DNA from: Octopus vulgaris
Lineage: Eukaryota
NCBI GenBank assembly: GCA_951406725.2
Contig: OX597832.1
Location: forward strand, 56,296,001 to 56,360,000
Length of the DNA: 64,000 bases
Reading direction: 5' to 3'
Shown: piece by piece, positions 13,124-26,976 of the stretch
Position numbering within the stretch: position 1 is the first letter of the stretch
How the letters are laid out: every line of letters begins with the position of its first letter
Notes under the pieces: model-generated
The model's database searches: none
Seen by the model: the letters and a program-made list of their open reading frames with translations, nothing else
What the model was told of the DNA's origin: nothing
Position numbers and translations under genes: made by a program

Positions 13124-14712
13124 GAGGTGATGATACACATTGTTGTCCATTTTTCAATTCTCTCATCACTACGTCATCAAATACAGTGAAGCCTGTGTTT
13201 TGCTGAGAATCTCCAGTAAGACTCAAAACACATCCAGGTCTGTCCTAGATATTTGTCAGGATATTAAAAATATTAGTCATTGACTATTACATTTTTGTCT
13301 TTATTATGCCTTATAATGCTGGCTTCTTTAAATGTTACCATCAACTAAAAATTCTTGATTTCTTATATTTAATTCAAATATCTTTTTTATATTGGTCCAA
13401 GTTAGTATTAAAATCGGGTTAATATCAAGACATCATGAAGGCACTTGACGTCTTGGTTAGGGTGTGGCACTCATAATCGCAAGATTGTTGTTTTGATTCC
13501 CAGACTAGGATGGTGCCTAGTATTCTTGAACAAAACACTTCACATTGCTTTTTACTTGGCTCCAGCACCTGCGAACAATGTAATGCAAATATAAATAATG
13601 TAAACATCATACAACAGTAAGTCCATGAAACTCATACACAGAGGAAACACAATACAATCATAGGTCCTGTTATATATTCCAAGTACAAACAATACATTAC
13701 GGTCTTCGTTTGTATCAGGAAATTATTGCTTACTTTATAAAACATTATATAGTTCTGATGCATCAGAACATTTAACAAAATTGGAGCAGAGGAGGAATAA
13801 GCTTATATGACAAATCAGGAAACAGATACAAAAAAAAAAAAAAAAAAAAAAAAAGGCAGATTAGTGTCAAAGAAATTGGAATGCAAAACTCCGAAGGTCA
13901 AAACTTCATATGTAGTAAATTTCTCTTTGAAGCCAGTTAAAATCAAGTACATATGAAGTACCCTTATTTCATTTGTCCCAACCAAACATGCTGGAAATAA
14001 ATCAACTTATCCAATTTTATTGACATAAGACTCATGTTAATAAAGGTTATCTTCCTGGAAATATTTCAAATGAGTAAACATCTAAATTATAATAAAAATT
14101 ACTCAATATGTAATGATAGTAAAAATATATGGTTATACATCATTTAACAAATGTTTTTTTTTTCTTCTTTTTTCCTGTTGTATTTAACTTCCTCCTTTGA
14201 TAATCAATAAACAAAATATTTTTGTTCTTTTCCTAACCTATTTAACCAACTTACTGAATACAAATCAATAAATTAAAGGGCAATGTATAAACCATGCATG
14301 GAGGAACACAGCTCATGTCCAGTATTTGCCCCGAACCACACAGCCCCTGCAAATACTTGTCTAACCACTAACAAAACATATACACACACCAGGATATAAA
14401 AATGTTAACATGGCTATTTTTAATACCTAATTCGCGTACACCAAAATAACTACAATATCAACAACCAAAGTAAGCCCAAGTCATGTACAGCAAGGCCAAC
14501 CATCTGCAGGGAATTTCATTGGGTTGAAATTTCACTTTGGTCATCAACCCACTCTTAGCCTTCACATCATCATCATCGTTTAAAGTGTGTTGTCCGTGCT
14601 GGCATGGGTTGGACAGTTTAACCAGAGATGGCAAGCTACATCAGACTGCAGTCTGATTTGGTATGGTTTCTATGGCTGGATGTCCTTCCTAATGCCAACC
14701 CCACTTTACAGA

Positions 14713-15120
14713 GTTAGTTAGTTAGTTAGTTTTTTGGCTCAAAAAGCAAAAAGCAAGGCCATGTAGGGGGACATGGAGTTATGTACAGGGTGGTGTTCAT
14801 GTAAAGAGTTCAGGCCACATGTTGTCAAGGGAGACTTTGAACTGAGCGGTCGTCAGCATCTTCACCATCTCGTCCAGCAGCTTATTCCACGGATCTGCAA
14901 CCCGGATGGAGAAGGCCCCTCTCCTTCGATTGAGATGAAATCGTCGCAGATAGAGCTTTTCGGAATGACCCCACAGCCGACGCTCTGGAGCAAGAATGAA
15001 GAACAGCTCTTTCGAGAGGTTACACTTTCCGCTTATGATGTTGTGAGCAAGAATGAGATCACCACGGCGGTGGCGTTTTTCTAGAGAATAAAGGTCGAGT
15101 GTCTTCAGCCTTTCTTCATA
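14713..15120 (-). mobile_element. 5'-truncated CR1-group LINE (ORF2 C-terminus, 3' UTR, (CTAA)n tail) inserted in a SINE
   Basis: 15120->14797 is an uninterrupted frame: YEERLKTLDLYSLEKRHRRGDLILAHNIISGKCNLSKELFF...GHSEKLYLRRFHLNRRRGAFSIRVADPWNKL...FKVSLDNMWPELFT*. The tail reads ttagttagttag on the + strand. Confidence 0.92.
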
Positions 15121-16984
15121 TGGGTGTTTTTATGTGGCACAGCACAAGTGCTTTTATGCGGCATCACATGGGCACTTTTACACAGCATTGCAAGGGTGGT
15201 TTTTACACAGAATCACATGGGTACTTTTACATGGTTCCACACAGGAACTTTTATGCGGCACCACATGGGCACTTTTACATGAAGCTTGCTTACAACCGTC
15301 ATGTGATGTCAAGAAAAGAGTACACAGACCTACATGCATACATGTGTCAGGTGCATGTGTGAGTTTCCATTGACCAGATCCACTCACAAGGCTTTCCTCT
15401 GCCTGGGGCTGAACAAGACAAGCCTAAGGTGCCATACAATGGAAATGAACTTAAAACCATATGGTTGGGAAGCAAGCTTCTTAGCCACACAGCCATGCCA
15501 ACTATATATATATATATAAATGTTTGTAGGTGTGGTGTTATATATCAAGCCATTGACTCGAATTTGATGTTTGTTCTTTGAAGCAACCACATAAACTTGG
15601 AAACTGCTTGCAGGTGAAAGTGCAGTCAATCACAAACTCTGCATACTAGATGCCAGTTGGATCCAGGGGTCATCAGAAGAGAATGTACACTATTTTCAGG
15701 GGTTTCCTCTTGATGGCTTTACAGCACACTGGGGCCCCTCACTGGCACAATACACTACCTACTGTATAAACTGACTAATATTTAACCTCTAGTCCATTTC
15801 AGGATCATCACCTCTCTGGCCAGATTTCATCACTGCTTTTCATCCATATCCAAAGGCTCGCCCTTTCAAAGGTCGCCTGGATTCCCTTCAAGATGGTGTT
15901 TACTTGCCAATTAGACACCAACTGATAGCAGCCACTGTCTCAATCTGGTCCCAACAAAATCCCTACATCCAACTTCTACAGAAAAGTGTACTGCACTCCG
16001 ACCAGCATCTAAAGTCTTCCAGTAGCATCTAAATTGTCTGCAAGTTAAACAATTAATTCAACAAGGTGTATTATCTTACATTCCTCACACTAGAATGTCA
16101 TTACTAGCAGGTCAAGCAACCACATAGATACTCCCAGTACCAGGTGGCATTCACTTCGTAATAAAACTTGCTAAAAAAACAACAACCAGAGATCAATTTA
16201 ACTGAATTGTTAAAATTAGTGCCAAAAAGGGTTAATAATAAGAGTTAAAAACCAATCAATTTATGTCCCAAAGATAAAACTTTTGAATAAGGAGAGTTAA
16301 TTACAGAGATGAATGGACAGATTTAATACATATAATATACATATAAAAAAAAAACCTATTCAATTAGCAATTTACAATAGTAAAGATAAGTGTTTATCTT
16401 CAGACAGGACCACCTTTTTGCAAATACATATTATAGAAATAACATTAGTGAGACAAACAATGATGTTTGTAGACCACTTGAGCAGAATTAAAGTAGATGT
16501 CAACTATTCAGGGAGAATAGCCGTACAATGCTAATATAGAAGAGACACATAATGAAAGGTAAATTTCTCCATTATTATTACTATTTAGATGCAGACATGT
16601 CTGTGTAGTTACAATGTTCACTCTGCAACCAAATACCAAACATACACACACACACACACGCGCACACACACACACACACACTCACTCTCTCTCAACCCTT
16701 CTTGATCTGACTTGTCATTTTCAGGTACACGGATTCCAAGACTTTAAGACCATCATGCTTGAAGATACCAGAGACTGTGCTCCTATTGTGACCTTCAAAA
16801 GTGTGCTCCAAAGTGTTTCCAATCTAGACCAAATTCTTCACTCTTTCTTCACATGTACTTATTCTATTTTCAGGGTACACACAACTGCCTGATGTATTGC
16901 AGAAAAAGGACAACTGCTCTCATCCAGACAATTACTGGCATATCACCTTCACTGTCAATACTTGTAAGTGGTCACAGGCTCTGT

Positions 16985-17315
16985 TAGAAATAGCAGCCAA
17001 CTTCCCTTAAATTACACAATCACTTAACTTTTTACGTCTGTCATAAGTCCCAGGATCCACAAGGCCAGAGCTTAACCAGATTTCTATGGCTCTTAAGTGA
17101 TTGAGAACACAATACCCACCACTGGATGGGATGCTAGTCTGTCGCAGAGTTAACTTCACAGCTACTACTGGAACCAGTTTACAGATGAGTGGACTAGAGT
17201 AACATGAAATGAAGCATTTGTTCAATGACAAACTGTGCCAGTCAGTCTAGTAATTGAAACTACAATCTTATGATCGTGACTGCAATACCAAAACCACTAG
17301 GTCACGTGCCTTCAC
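16985..17315 (-). mobile_element. tRNA-headed SINE with a different central domain
   Basis: Minus-strand head gtgaaggcacgtgacctagtggtt...; central ctgcgacagactagcatcccatccag, related to 47145-47175. Confidence 0.6.
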
Positions 17316-20149
17316 CAATTACACCATACCATCTCATAAAAAAAAAAAGGAAAAAAACATTACATAACGTAATCGTGAAAAAGTGATCACAGGTGGAAAA
17401 ATCTTTGATTATAGGTTTACTTGATAAACAACAGTAGAACGTCTAAAGGTAAGTGCAGTGGATCGAGTCTACTCTGGCCACCACCAGAACCTCCAAGCAC
17501 AAGAAAGACATAAGAAAAGAGAGAGAGAGAGAGAGAAATGAGAAGAAAAAAATAAAAGGCTGAACAGACTGCTACACTACTACAATATGGTGTCTAAGCG
17601 GAGAAATAGTAATCTTAAGCAACAGATCTATGGGATCAAATGTAGTTGTTCCACAGTCAACTACCTACATACCAGAACAAGACAATTCAATCAAAGCTGA
17701 CCTACAAACACACTTAATAGCTTCTGTGATTACTTGGCACAGAAATAACAAAAGGAAGTGGCTGCAAGTAAGAGTACGTCTGTCAGACAGGACAATCCAA
17801 TAACATGTTGTAAGGGGGTTAGAAGAGAACAGTGAGGCAATGACAAGTGAATATATATATATATATACATATATAAAATCAATCCTGTAATTGCTTGTTA
17901 CATCAATTGAGCACAGAAACAGGAATGGAAGATAAAAACTAAAGGTATTAACCCTTCACCTGTCCTGTGAACTGTATGTTGATTCACGGGATATATTTCC
18001 TTGGTGCCCATGTATTATATATGATATGCATTCCTAATTTTATTTCAACCATCAGAGAAACTTAGGACCTGTGTGAAAAGAAAGATCTATATTGCTCAGA
18101 ACGTATGAAACAAGGGCTAGCTAAAGGTTTGAAAACAAGCAGGGATGTTTAGGACAAACTTATAAAAATACCTTAGACAGGCAAAGAGATAAAGGACAAA
18201 AGTACAAGATTTATTTATCCCTTTAGCATTTAAACTGGCCATATCCAAGGCACATGGCTCAGTGGTTAGAACATGGGGCTCACAACCATGAGGTTGTGAA
18301 TTTGATTCCCAGACCTTAATTTCACAGTTCACTCAGCTGTAGAAATGAGTTGCAAAGTCACTGGTGTCAAGCTGTATCGGCCTTTGCCTTTCCCTTGGAT
18401 AATATCAGTGGCGTGGAGAAGTGGGTGTAGGTATTCATGGGCGACTACTGATCTTCCATAAACAACCTTGCCCAGACTTGTGCTTCAGAGGTTAACTTTT
18501 TAGGGACAATTTCATGGTCATTCATGACCAAAGGGGGTCCATCATCATCTAACCAAAATATCCTACTTATTTTATGTTCAAACTGGAAAGACTTGGCCTC
18601 TCACACCTACCCTGCAATGACACTCTAAATAATAAAGAATTACATGATTGAAATAAAGACTAAAGACAGTAACGCATCACTTCTGTTCCTTGCTCCCAAT
18701 GTAACCAGCGACATCACTAGACCTATCTGACCATGTCTCCAACACTCAACCTCCAAGAAGTCCCAAGTGGGAAATAGGGTTAATCCATTGCCCAGTTTAA
18801 CACCACCACTGCATGGCTCTTGGATGCCTGTAACTTAATATGCTTTGTTGTAAACATGAGAATACCTTCTCAACAATCTCAAAGACTGTGACAAAAAAAA
18901 AAAAAAAAACTCATGGAAACTACCCAACTGCCACTGACTAAGTCATGTGTTAAAAATGATATGGCTGCATCGAGGTACAGGCATGGTTGTGTGGGTAAGA
19001 AACTTGTTTCCCAAGTACATGGTCTCAGGATCAGTCCCATTGTACAGCACCCTAATCAAGTGTCTTTTACTATAGCACTGGGACAACCAAAGCCTTGTAA
19101 ATGGATTTGGTAGATAGAAACTGAAAGAAGCCCATCATATGTATGTGTGTGTTTGCGTGTATGCGCACATGTACATGCCCATCGTGTGATGGTTGTAAAT
19201 GAGCATCAATATCATACAGATAAGGTGGTTCATTCCTGGTCTTTGGTGAAAAGCATGACTGACCATGAAAAATATTCTTTTCTATTCTAGGCGCAAGGCC
19301 TGAAATTTTTGGGGAGGGGGGGCCAGTCAATTAAATTGACCCCAGTATGCAACTGGTACTTAATTGAAAGGCAAAGTTGACCCCAGCAGAATTTGAACTC
19401 AGAACACAAAGACAGACAAAATACCGCCCAATGTGCCACGCAATGGGACTGGACCCAGAACCATGTGGTTGGGAAACAAGCTTTTTACCACATGCCACAG
19501 ACATATATATTATAGGTTACTGTTTGTAGCTGAATTCATTTCAAAATACATTATTAATAAAGACTTAATTATATATTTCTCAATGCTTCTACATTTGTAT
19601 TCTAAACACACACACACACACAGCATAATGATTAGGTTTTCACAGTTTCAGTCAAAGCTTTGGTCAAGCTAAGACTATGACAGAAAACTTGTCCAAGGTA
19701 CAGTGAAATTGAACCTGAATCCAATTGTTGCAAAGCATATTTCTTAACCACAGAGTCATGTCTGCATTTAATGTTTTAAATTGTTGAAAATTTCTGATGA
19801 CTGGCAACTGGAGAGAGAAATAAATAGGTGGGAGTTTTATGAAGTGTTCCAGTCATTAGGTTGGTGGCAACAGACATGCATAGGAGGAGGAAGAGTTCAG
19901 TATTTAACATCCATTTTCCATACTGGTATGGGTTGGACAGTTTGACCAGATCTGGCTTGGTTTCTATGGCCAGATGCCCTTCCCAATGCCAACCACTTTA
20001 CAGAGCAGGCTGAGTGCATTTTACGTGGCACAGTAAAGGTGCTTTTAACATGGTGCCAGCATGAGTCCATTTTACATGGCAGTGGCACAAAGGCTTTTTA
20101 TGTGGCACTGGCATAGGTAATTTTCATGTGGCACTAGCACAGGAGGGGA

Positions 20150-20340
20150 GCATTAACAATTCTGCTGTGGTGGATGAGTCATCTTGAGTACAAGGTGCCA
20201 GACATCTTGGTCCTCTGTCATCTCCTTCATAAAACTCAATGACCCAAGATTGGCCTTCAGTACTTTTTCCCAGATCTTCCTGGGTCTCCTTCTTCCACGA
20301 ATTTTATCCACTTTAAGTGGTCCGCACAGCACCAACTGCT
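20150..20340 (-). mobile_element. RTE-type LINE 3' fragment
   Basis: RGRRRPRKIWEKVLKANL...EMTEDQDVW resembles the RTE ORF C-terminus (RGRPRKTW...DL...DR..W). A related piece lies at ~57345-57440. Confidence 0.7.
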
Positions 20341-21325
20341 TTTAAGCATTTCTCTAAATCTGTTCTGTCGATAGTAAATAACATAGCTCTGTATTAAATC
20401 AGATTTCATTTCCTATAAACAAGAATGAATGAGGCCAATTCATCTTGTCACTCTATTTATGTTAAAGTACACTACCTTACTTCCAGTTACTTTTGAAAAT
20501 AATGAAGAATTTCTTAAAATAACCATGTCATAATTAGAGTGGTGTTTGGAACATAAATACAGAATTTTAATGGAAGGTTTTAATTTACCTCACTTTAATA
20601 CAGGGACTTTGGATCACAGAACCAAGTGTGGTTCCTGGCAGGTTGGTATAAAAAAAAAAGAAAATATAAATAGACAGGCATGGCCACATTGTTAAGAAGC
20701 TTGCTTTGCAAACCATGTGGTTTCAATTCCAGTCCCATTGTGCAACACCTTGGGCAAGTGTTTTCTTTTAAAGATCCAAGATAACCAATGCCATGTATGC
20801 GCGCGTGTGTGAGTGAGAGATAAAGAGGGAGAGAGAGAGAGAGTGTGCGCACGTGTGTCATTGTTGATCACTGCTCTTGACAACTGGTGTTTGTTTACAT
20901 CACCAAAACTTAACAGTTCATCAAAAGAGACCCACAGAATAAGTATCAGATTTAAGACATAAGTACCGAGGTCGATTTGCTGGACTAAAACCCTTGAATG
21001 CAGTACCGCAGCATGGCCACAGTCAGAAGCAATAACTGAAACAAGTAAAAGTCAAAAAAAAAAAACATACAAAAAACCCCCCAAAAAAAAGGAACTAGAA
21101 AGAAATGTCCCCTTTTGACAGTTATTTAAAATATACCAATAGTTGTTGCTTAAATAAAATCAGAAACAAACAGACCCCTTCAACTCCTAAACAGGGTCAC
21201 AAAGACTACATGTGTCTGGAATATGTCAGTGTTTGTGTCTATAATAAATGTGGACAGGGAAAAAACTGACAGAACAATACTGCAGTCATGTTAAATAAAG
21301 TCAGTTGGGAAAGAATCAATAACAG

Positions 21326-21421
21326 TTATCTGTCAGTAGCTGGACTACTACTGCTGCTACTACTATTTGTAGTTCTTGAAACTGTTTTAGCAGCAGTAAA
21401 AGACTCATGACCATTCTTGCG
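21326..21421 (-). CDS. Candidate alternative terminal exon
   Basis: Long pyrimidine tract, then ctacaaag|CGC AAG AAT...; phase 0 reads RKNGHESFTAAKTVSRTTNSSSSSSSPATDR*. AAG is a weak acceptor. Confidence 0.3.
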   Translation of the reverse strand, partial: RKNGHESFTAAKTVSRTTNSSSSSSSPATDR

Positions 21422-21556
21422 CTTTGTAGCCAAGGACAGCAGAGAAAACATCGAGAGAGAAAAACAGAATTAAATAAATAAAGGCAAGAGTCACTTGTGG
21501 TATTGGTACAAACTAACACACATACACAAAGCCAGAGAGGCAACCAAGCTAAGCAA

Positions 21557-21745
21557 CTAAAAATAATAGTCAGAAAAATTAACATAAATGTAACTTTTTT
21601 TTTTAATTATTATTATTTTTTTTTCCCAGCAACAGATCAACAATAGTCTTGCTAGTGCAGATAGAGTGTGAAAAATTATTTCAAGGATAGTTAAAATAGC
21701 CAAAACAGCAGTAGCAGCTATTGCTGCGGCTAGTACTACTGCGGG
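21557..21745 (-). CDS. Candidate alternative exon with a hydrophobic (TM-like) segment
   Basis: attctatcaacacccag|CCC GCA GTA...; phase 0 reads PAVVLAAAIAATAVLAILTILEIIFHTLSALARLLLICCW... (part of ORF 21557..21955). Confidence 0.3.
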   Translation of the reverse strand, partial: PAVVLAAAIAATAVLAILTILEIIFHTLSALARLLLICCWEKKIIIIKKKSYIYVNFSDYYF

Positions 21746-22960
21746 CTGGGTGTTGATAGAATTAAATTTGGTTTTTTTTTTTTTTTTCAATTGTGAGTTC
21801 AAATTCCAATTGAGGTCTACATTGCTTTTCTTTATTTCACTGGGATTGATAAAACAAGTACAGCCATAGATAAACTGTGCCGTAAATATGGTTATGCTGC
21901 AGCTGAATTTAGACAAAACAACCTTGTGTGAGAACGAAAGGACAACTGTAGGCATGTTTCAATCTTATTAGCTCTCATCAGTGAAACAGACTTGACTTCA
22001 CTGTACTTGTTAAAACAGTGATGAGAGAATCATAAAAAAGATGTACTTTATTGTGATTCATCAGCATCTCAGCAAATATAGTGAAGTCTATCTTTATTGA
22101 GGAGTTTTGATACCATATATGCAATGTTATCTCTGATATGGCTGAAATGATTGAAGTAATATTAATCATTAAACCAATGTTGTATCTACCTCACTGCATA
22201 AGTATTTCTAATTAGATTATTCATTATGCTCACTGCATTATGTTAACATTCACACACCTTAACTTGGGACCTCAACTCCTGATAGAGTCAGAAGGATACC
22301 TTTGAAACATATGACCTGGTCTATCTCAAACATTTTTATATCTGGCAGAGCCCCATCTGAACAATCAACTTCAGTGATGTATACTTTTTATTTATATGCC
22401 ACCAGCATGTAAAAAGCACCTTTCAAGCATTGGACCTCTCAGTGGTAATATGGCTGATGCCAATGTCATGAAAGTAGCATTTGTGCCAGTGTTGCACAGC
22501 TAACAACTGTGCCAGTGGCATGTAAAAAGCACTTTCAAACGTTGGGCCTCACAGAGTCAATGACAAATGACCAAGACTTTCAACAACATGCCGTGCTTGA
22601 GCAGAAAACCCATCAAGCCAAGTGAAATCATAGGTGTGGCAGACACTGGTGTTACATAACCGACATCCATGCTGGTGGCATGCAAAAGCACCCGTTACAC
22701 TCTCAGAGTGGTTGGCATTAGGAAGGGCGTCCGCCTGTAGAAACCATTCCAAACCAGACTGGAGTCTGGTGCAGCCCTCAGCTTGCCAGTCCTAATGAAC
22801 CCAGCCAAACCATGCCAGCATGGACAACAGACGTTAAATGTTGATGAGGATATTAACCAATAAATCAATGGATTTTCTAGTAAATGACAAGAAAATACTC
22901 AACATTCAACAGCTCAGTCCAGCTCCTGTAAAATAATTACTGCAAGGTTGGACAACTCAC

Positions 22961-23071
22961 CATTGTTAAACCGACTACTGTTTCATTAGCCTGCCAAACC
23001 ATGTTCAGTTTTACCCCACCAGCAGTGCAGCGAGGCACGCTCCAACAAGTGGACTTGATTTTTTTGATACA
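22961..23071 (-). CDS. Candidate internal exon (111 nt)
   Basis: ggttttaatgtag|TGTATC...ACAATG|gtgagt. Phase 0 is open end to end (CIKKIKSTCWSVPRCTAGGVKLNMVWQANETVVGLTM); the other two frames contain stops. Unique, relatively GC-rich sequence. Confidence 0.6.
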
Positions 23072-24068
23072 CTACATTAAAACCAAACCAGTTTGTTGCT
23101 GTCCTTAATTGAGTTTGAAATCATAGCATTTAAAGCCAAGAGAATTTGTATCAGAAAAAATGTGTAGTATTTGTAAAACAGCAAGAAGTAAATAAGAAGG
23201 CAGAGTTGCAATACAGATAAAGAAAGAGCTGAAAGTAGGCTAGGAGCTCAAAAAAAAAGATTTATGACAATGATATGTAATATGTAAGATGATTTCGAAT
23301 GTTCACAGACAGTGACTGTAATCCGAGAAAGATATTTCTTTATAAATGCACTATTGTGTTTGCTATCATCAAACAATACTGTTGGGTAAGACTCTGTAAC
23401 CATCACAATATTTGACTTTCAAAAGCCAGTTGTTTAATTCTTTCCCCTCTACACTGGTGTTCATATTAACATGATAACGAGCTTGAGATACCATATGAAT
23501 TGCCAACTGATTAAGAAAATTTGGAATAGTGAGCATTCTCACCCTCTGAAATGTAATTAGCTATATAGCTTCTCTACAACAAGAACCTGCTCACCCATCC
23601 CCCTCTCTCATACTATAACCTCCACCAACTCATATCATACCTATTTCTTTACTACCCACAAGGGGCTAAACACAGAGGGGACAAACAAGGACACGCAAAC
23701 GGATTAAGTCGATTACATTGACCCCAGTGCATAACTGGTACTTAATTTATCGACCCCGAAAGGATGAAGGGCAAAGTCGACCTCGGCAGAATTTGAACTC
23801 AAAACGTATTGGCAGACGAAATACGGCTATGCATTTGGTCAAATTCGATCATTGCATCGTGGTCAGCCTATGAACTTTTCAGTCCACCATCGTAGTTCTG
23901 GTCTGATCAATGCCTTATGAATAAATATGGTAGACAGAAACGGTGTGGAAGCTTGTCATGTGTGTGTATGTGTATAGGTGTGTATGAGTATGCATATATG
24001 TAAGTGTGTGTAGCTTTGTATTTGTATGACACCTGATGTTGGTTCATTTATAACCCCATATCTTAGCT

Positions 24069-24184
24069 CAGTGTTTCTCAACCTTTTAACCCTTGTGTAA
24101 CCCTTAAAATAATTATGTACCATATCTTTTTCATATTTTTTCCACTGTAGTTCACATGGTAAATATCATACATATATATATATA

Positions 24185-24235
<51 letters not shown>

Positions 24236-24718
24236 TCATCATCATCGTTTAACATCCGTTCTCTAATAAAATCATCATCATCATCAACGTCGTCGTCATT
24301 TAACGTCCGTTTTCAATGCTGGCATGCATTGGACTGTTCACCTGAGGTCTGGAGAGCCAGTGGCTGCACCAGGCTCCAAGCCTATCTGGCAATGTTTCTA
24401 CAGCTGGATAACCTTCCTAACGCTAACCACTTCGAGAGTGTAGTGGGTGCTTTTTACATTACATATATTATATATATATATATACATAAATTATAGATAT
24501 CACTAAATATATCCACAATGGTTGTTATATTTTTTTTTGATAACATAATCAATTAGATAGGATGTCTACATTACAATAACCAATAATATGCTGTGCATGT
24601 ATAGTAATATTATTGATCGTGGAATTAGCATTAGCTTATCTCACTCTTTCTTGCGGAACCCCTAAGAACCTTTCACAGAACCCTAGGGTTCCGGGGGAAC
24701 CTTGGTTGAGAAACACTG
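24069..24718. mobile_element. hAT-type MITE inserted in a SINE and itself carrying a nested SINE and (TA)n
   Basis: TIRs CAGTGTTTCTCAACC / GGTTGAGAAACACTG; 8-bp TSD tcttagct / acttagct. Confidence 0.88.
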
Positions 24719-25066
24719 ACTTAGCTAGTGGTTCAGCAAAAAGGACTGATAGAATAAGTACCAGATATTAAAAAAATAAGTACCAAGATTGATCTGTTCA
24801 ACTAAAACCCTTCCATGTTGTGCCTCAGCATGGCCACAATCCAATGACTGCGAGATTTTACCAAATTTAAATGCAAGCAAAGAACATCCAACTTCCTTTT
24901 TTTTTTTCTTTTTAAACTTTCATGCTGTAAGGCTGATATAACATACAATGAAATATTCATTTCTACTCTAGGTACAAGGCCCCAAATTTTGGGGTAGGGA
25001 GCTAGTCGATTAGATTGACCCAGTACGCAACTGGTGTAAGGCTGATATAACATACAATGAAATATT

Positions 25067-25460
25067 CGTTTCTACTCAAGGCCCCAAATTTTGGGGTAGG
25101 GAGCTAGTCGGTTAGATTGACCCCAGTACGCAACTGGTACTTAATTTATTGATCCGCGAAAGGATGAAAGGCAAAGTTGACCTCAGCACAATTTGAACTC
25201 AGAATGTAAAGACAGACAAAATACTTATTTCTTTACTACCCACAAGTGGCTAAACACAGAGAAGATAAAACAAGGACAGACATATGGATTAAGTCGATTA
25301 TATCGACCCCAGTGCGTAACTGGTACTTATTTAATCGACCCCGAAAGGATGAAAGGCAAAATCAACCTCGGCGGAATTTGAACTCAGAACGTAGTGGCAG
25401 ACGAAATACTGTTAAGCATTTCACCTGGTGTGCTAACATTTCTGCCAGCTCGCCACCTTC
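25067..25460 (-). mobile_element. SINE family C (tRNA-derived), nested pair
   Basis: Minus-strand head ggtggcgagctggcagaaatgttagc...gagttcaaattccgccgagg; flanked by ACAATGAAATATT direct repeats. Other copies at 23641-23835, 19270-19430 and 8140-8295. Confidence 0.85.
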
Positions 25461-26976
25461 ACACAATGAAATATTACAGCTAGGCACTACACAGCATTCA
25501 CAGTTCAGACAATATCAACAACTGTTCTGACTGAGACACTGAACTAAGAAGCAGTTTCCATCAACAAGAAGTTGCATTCCAATATGATAGCGTACGACAA
25601 TCATACACTACAAAAGAAAAAGGAAAAAAAACTTCTGCAAAGTTAATTGGTCTTGCTTTGGTCATTGGACAGCAGCTGTGCTGGGGCACCGACCGGCTAG
25701 AACGGTTAAGCCAAACAAAACCCACCCCGGTACTTATGTTTTTTTTTATAAGACTGGTACTTATTCTATCGGTCTAATTTTGCCAAACTCCTAAGTTACA
25801 GGAGTATAAACAAACCAACACCAGTTGCCAGGAGTGGTGGGGATAACCACAAACATAAAGACATATACACATACATAGTGGGTTTCTATTAGTTGGCCTG
25901 AAGGCATTAGTAGAAGACACTTGCCCAAGGTACCACATAGTGGGACTGAACCTGTTGGGAAGCAAACTTGTTACCACACAGCCAACAAAAGTGCCCACAA
26001 CTTTCATTGTTCCAGATTCTCCAGACTTTTCTGTTACAATTCTTTCCTTGTATTGCAAGAAGAACTTCAAGAGGAATCTAACTAAACCAGTGAAAAAAAT
26101 TTTGGGGAAAGAAATTTGGGGCAACAGTGAAGAAAGATGAAATGCTAAAGTTCAAGGTTGAGAAAGACAAATATATCTTTTGAAACTACTTAATAATTAT
26201 CGTTTGATTTAGTTTGTTGGGATTACAGTAATGCCTAATCCAAGTAGTCAGGAAATTTTAATTACTTAGTTGAAATAATTACATTTTAGACTCCCATTTC
26301 AATTAAAACTATCCTTTAGTGGTAACGTCATCATTGTTTTAAAGTTCACTTTTCCATGCCTGCATGAAACACACAGAATTTACGGAAGGGAAGTTTCCTA
26401 TAATTGGATGCCCTTCCTGTCACAAACCCTCACCCGTTTCCAAGCAAGGTAATACATGTTCTTGGACAGACATGTTTTCACAAAACACTGGAAATAAAAG
26501 GCACCTTTTGTATGAGGAGAGGCATGCGTTTATAACTATCAGGTGATGCCAAAATAAAGAGACACACACATACATATACAATAGGCTTCTTTCACTTATG
26601 TCTAACAAACCTATGCACAAGGCTTTGGTGAGAGACAGTTGCCTAAGGTGTTATACAGTGGGACTCAAAACCACAGGTTTGAGAAGCACTCTTCTTGTTT
26701 GTGAATGCAAATTAAAAAAATCATTCAGTAAAATATTATCAATATCTTAATTTTCTTCATCCATTTTATGTTGAAAAATGTGTTTAACTGAATCAAATGC
26801 TTCACAGATGAAAGAAAACCACTGAATATTACTGTGTGTGAGTGTCTACATATATGACATTAGAAGCCAATACCACAACAGACAATTGGAGTCTTGGACA
26901 GCTCCCAGCTCCATGTCAAACTGTCTAATTCGTAAGCATGGGGAGCAGACGTTAAACAATGATATATATATATATA

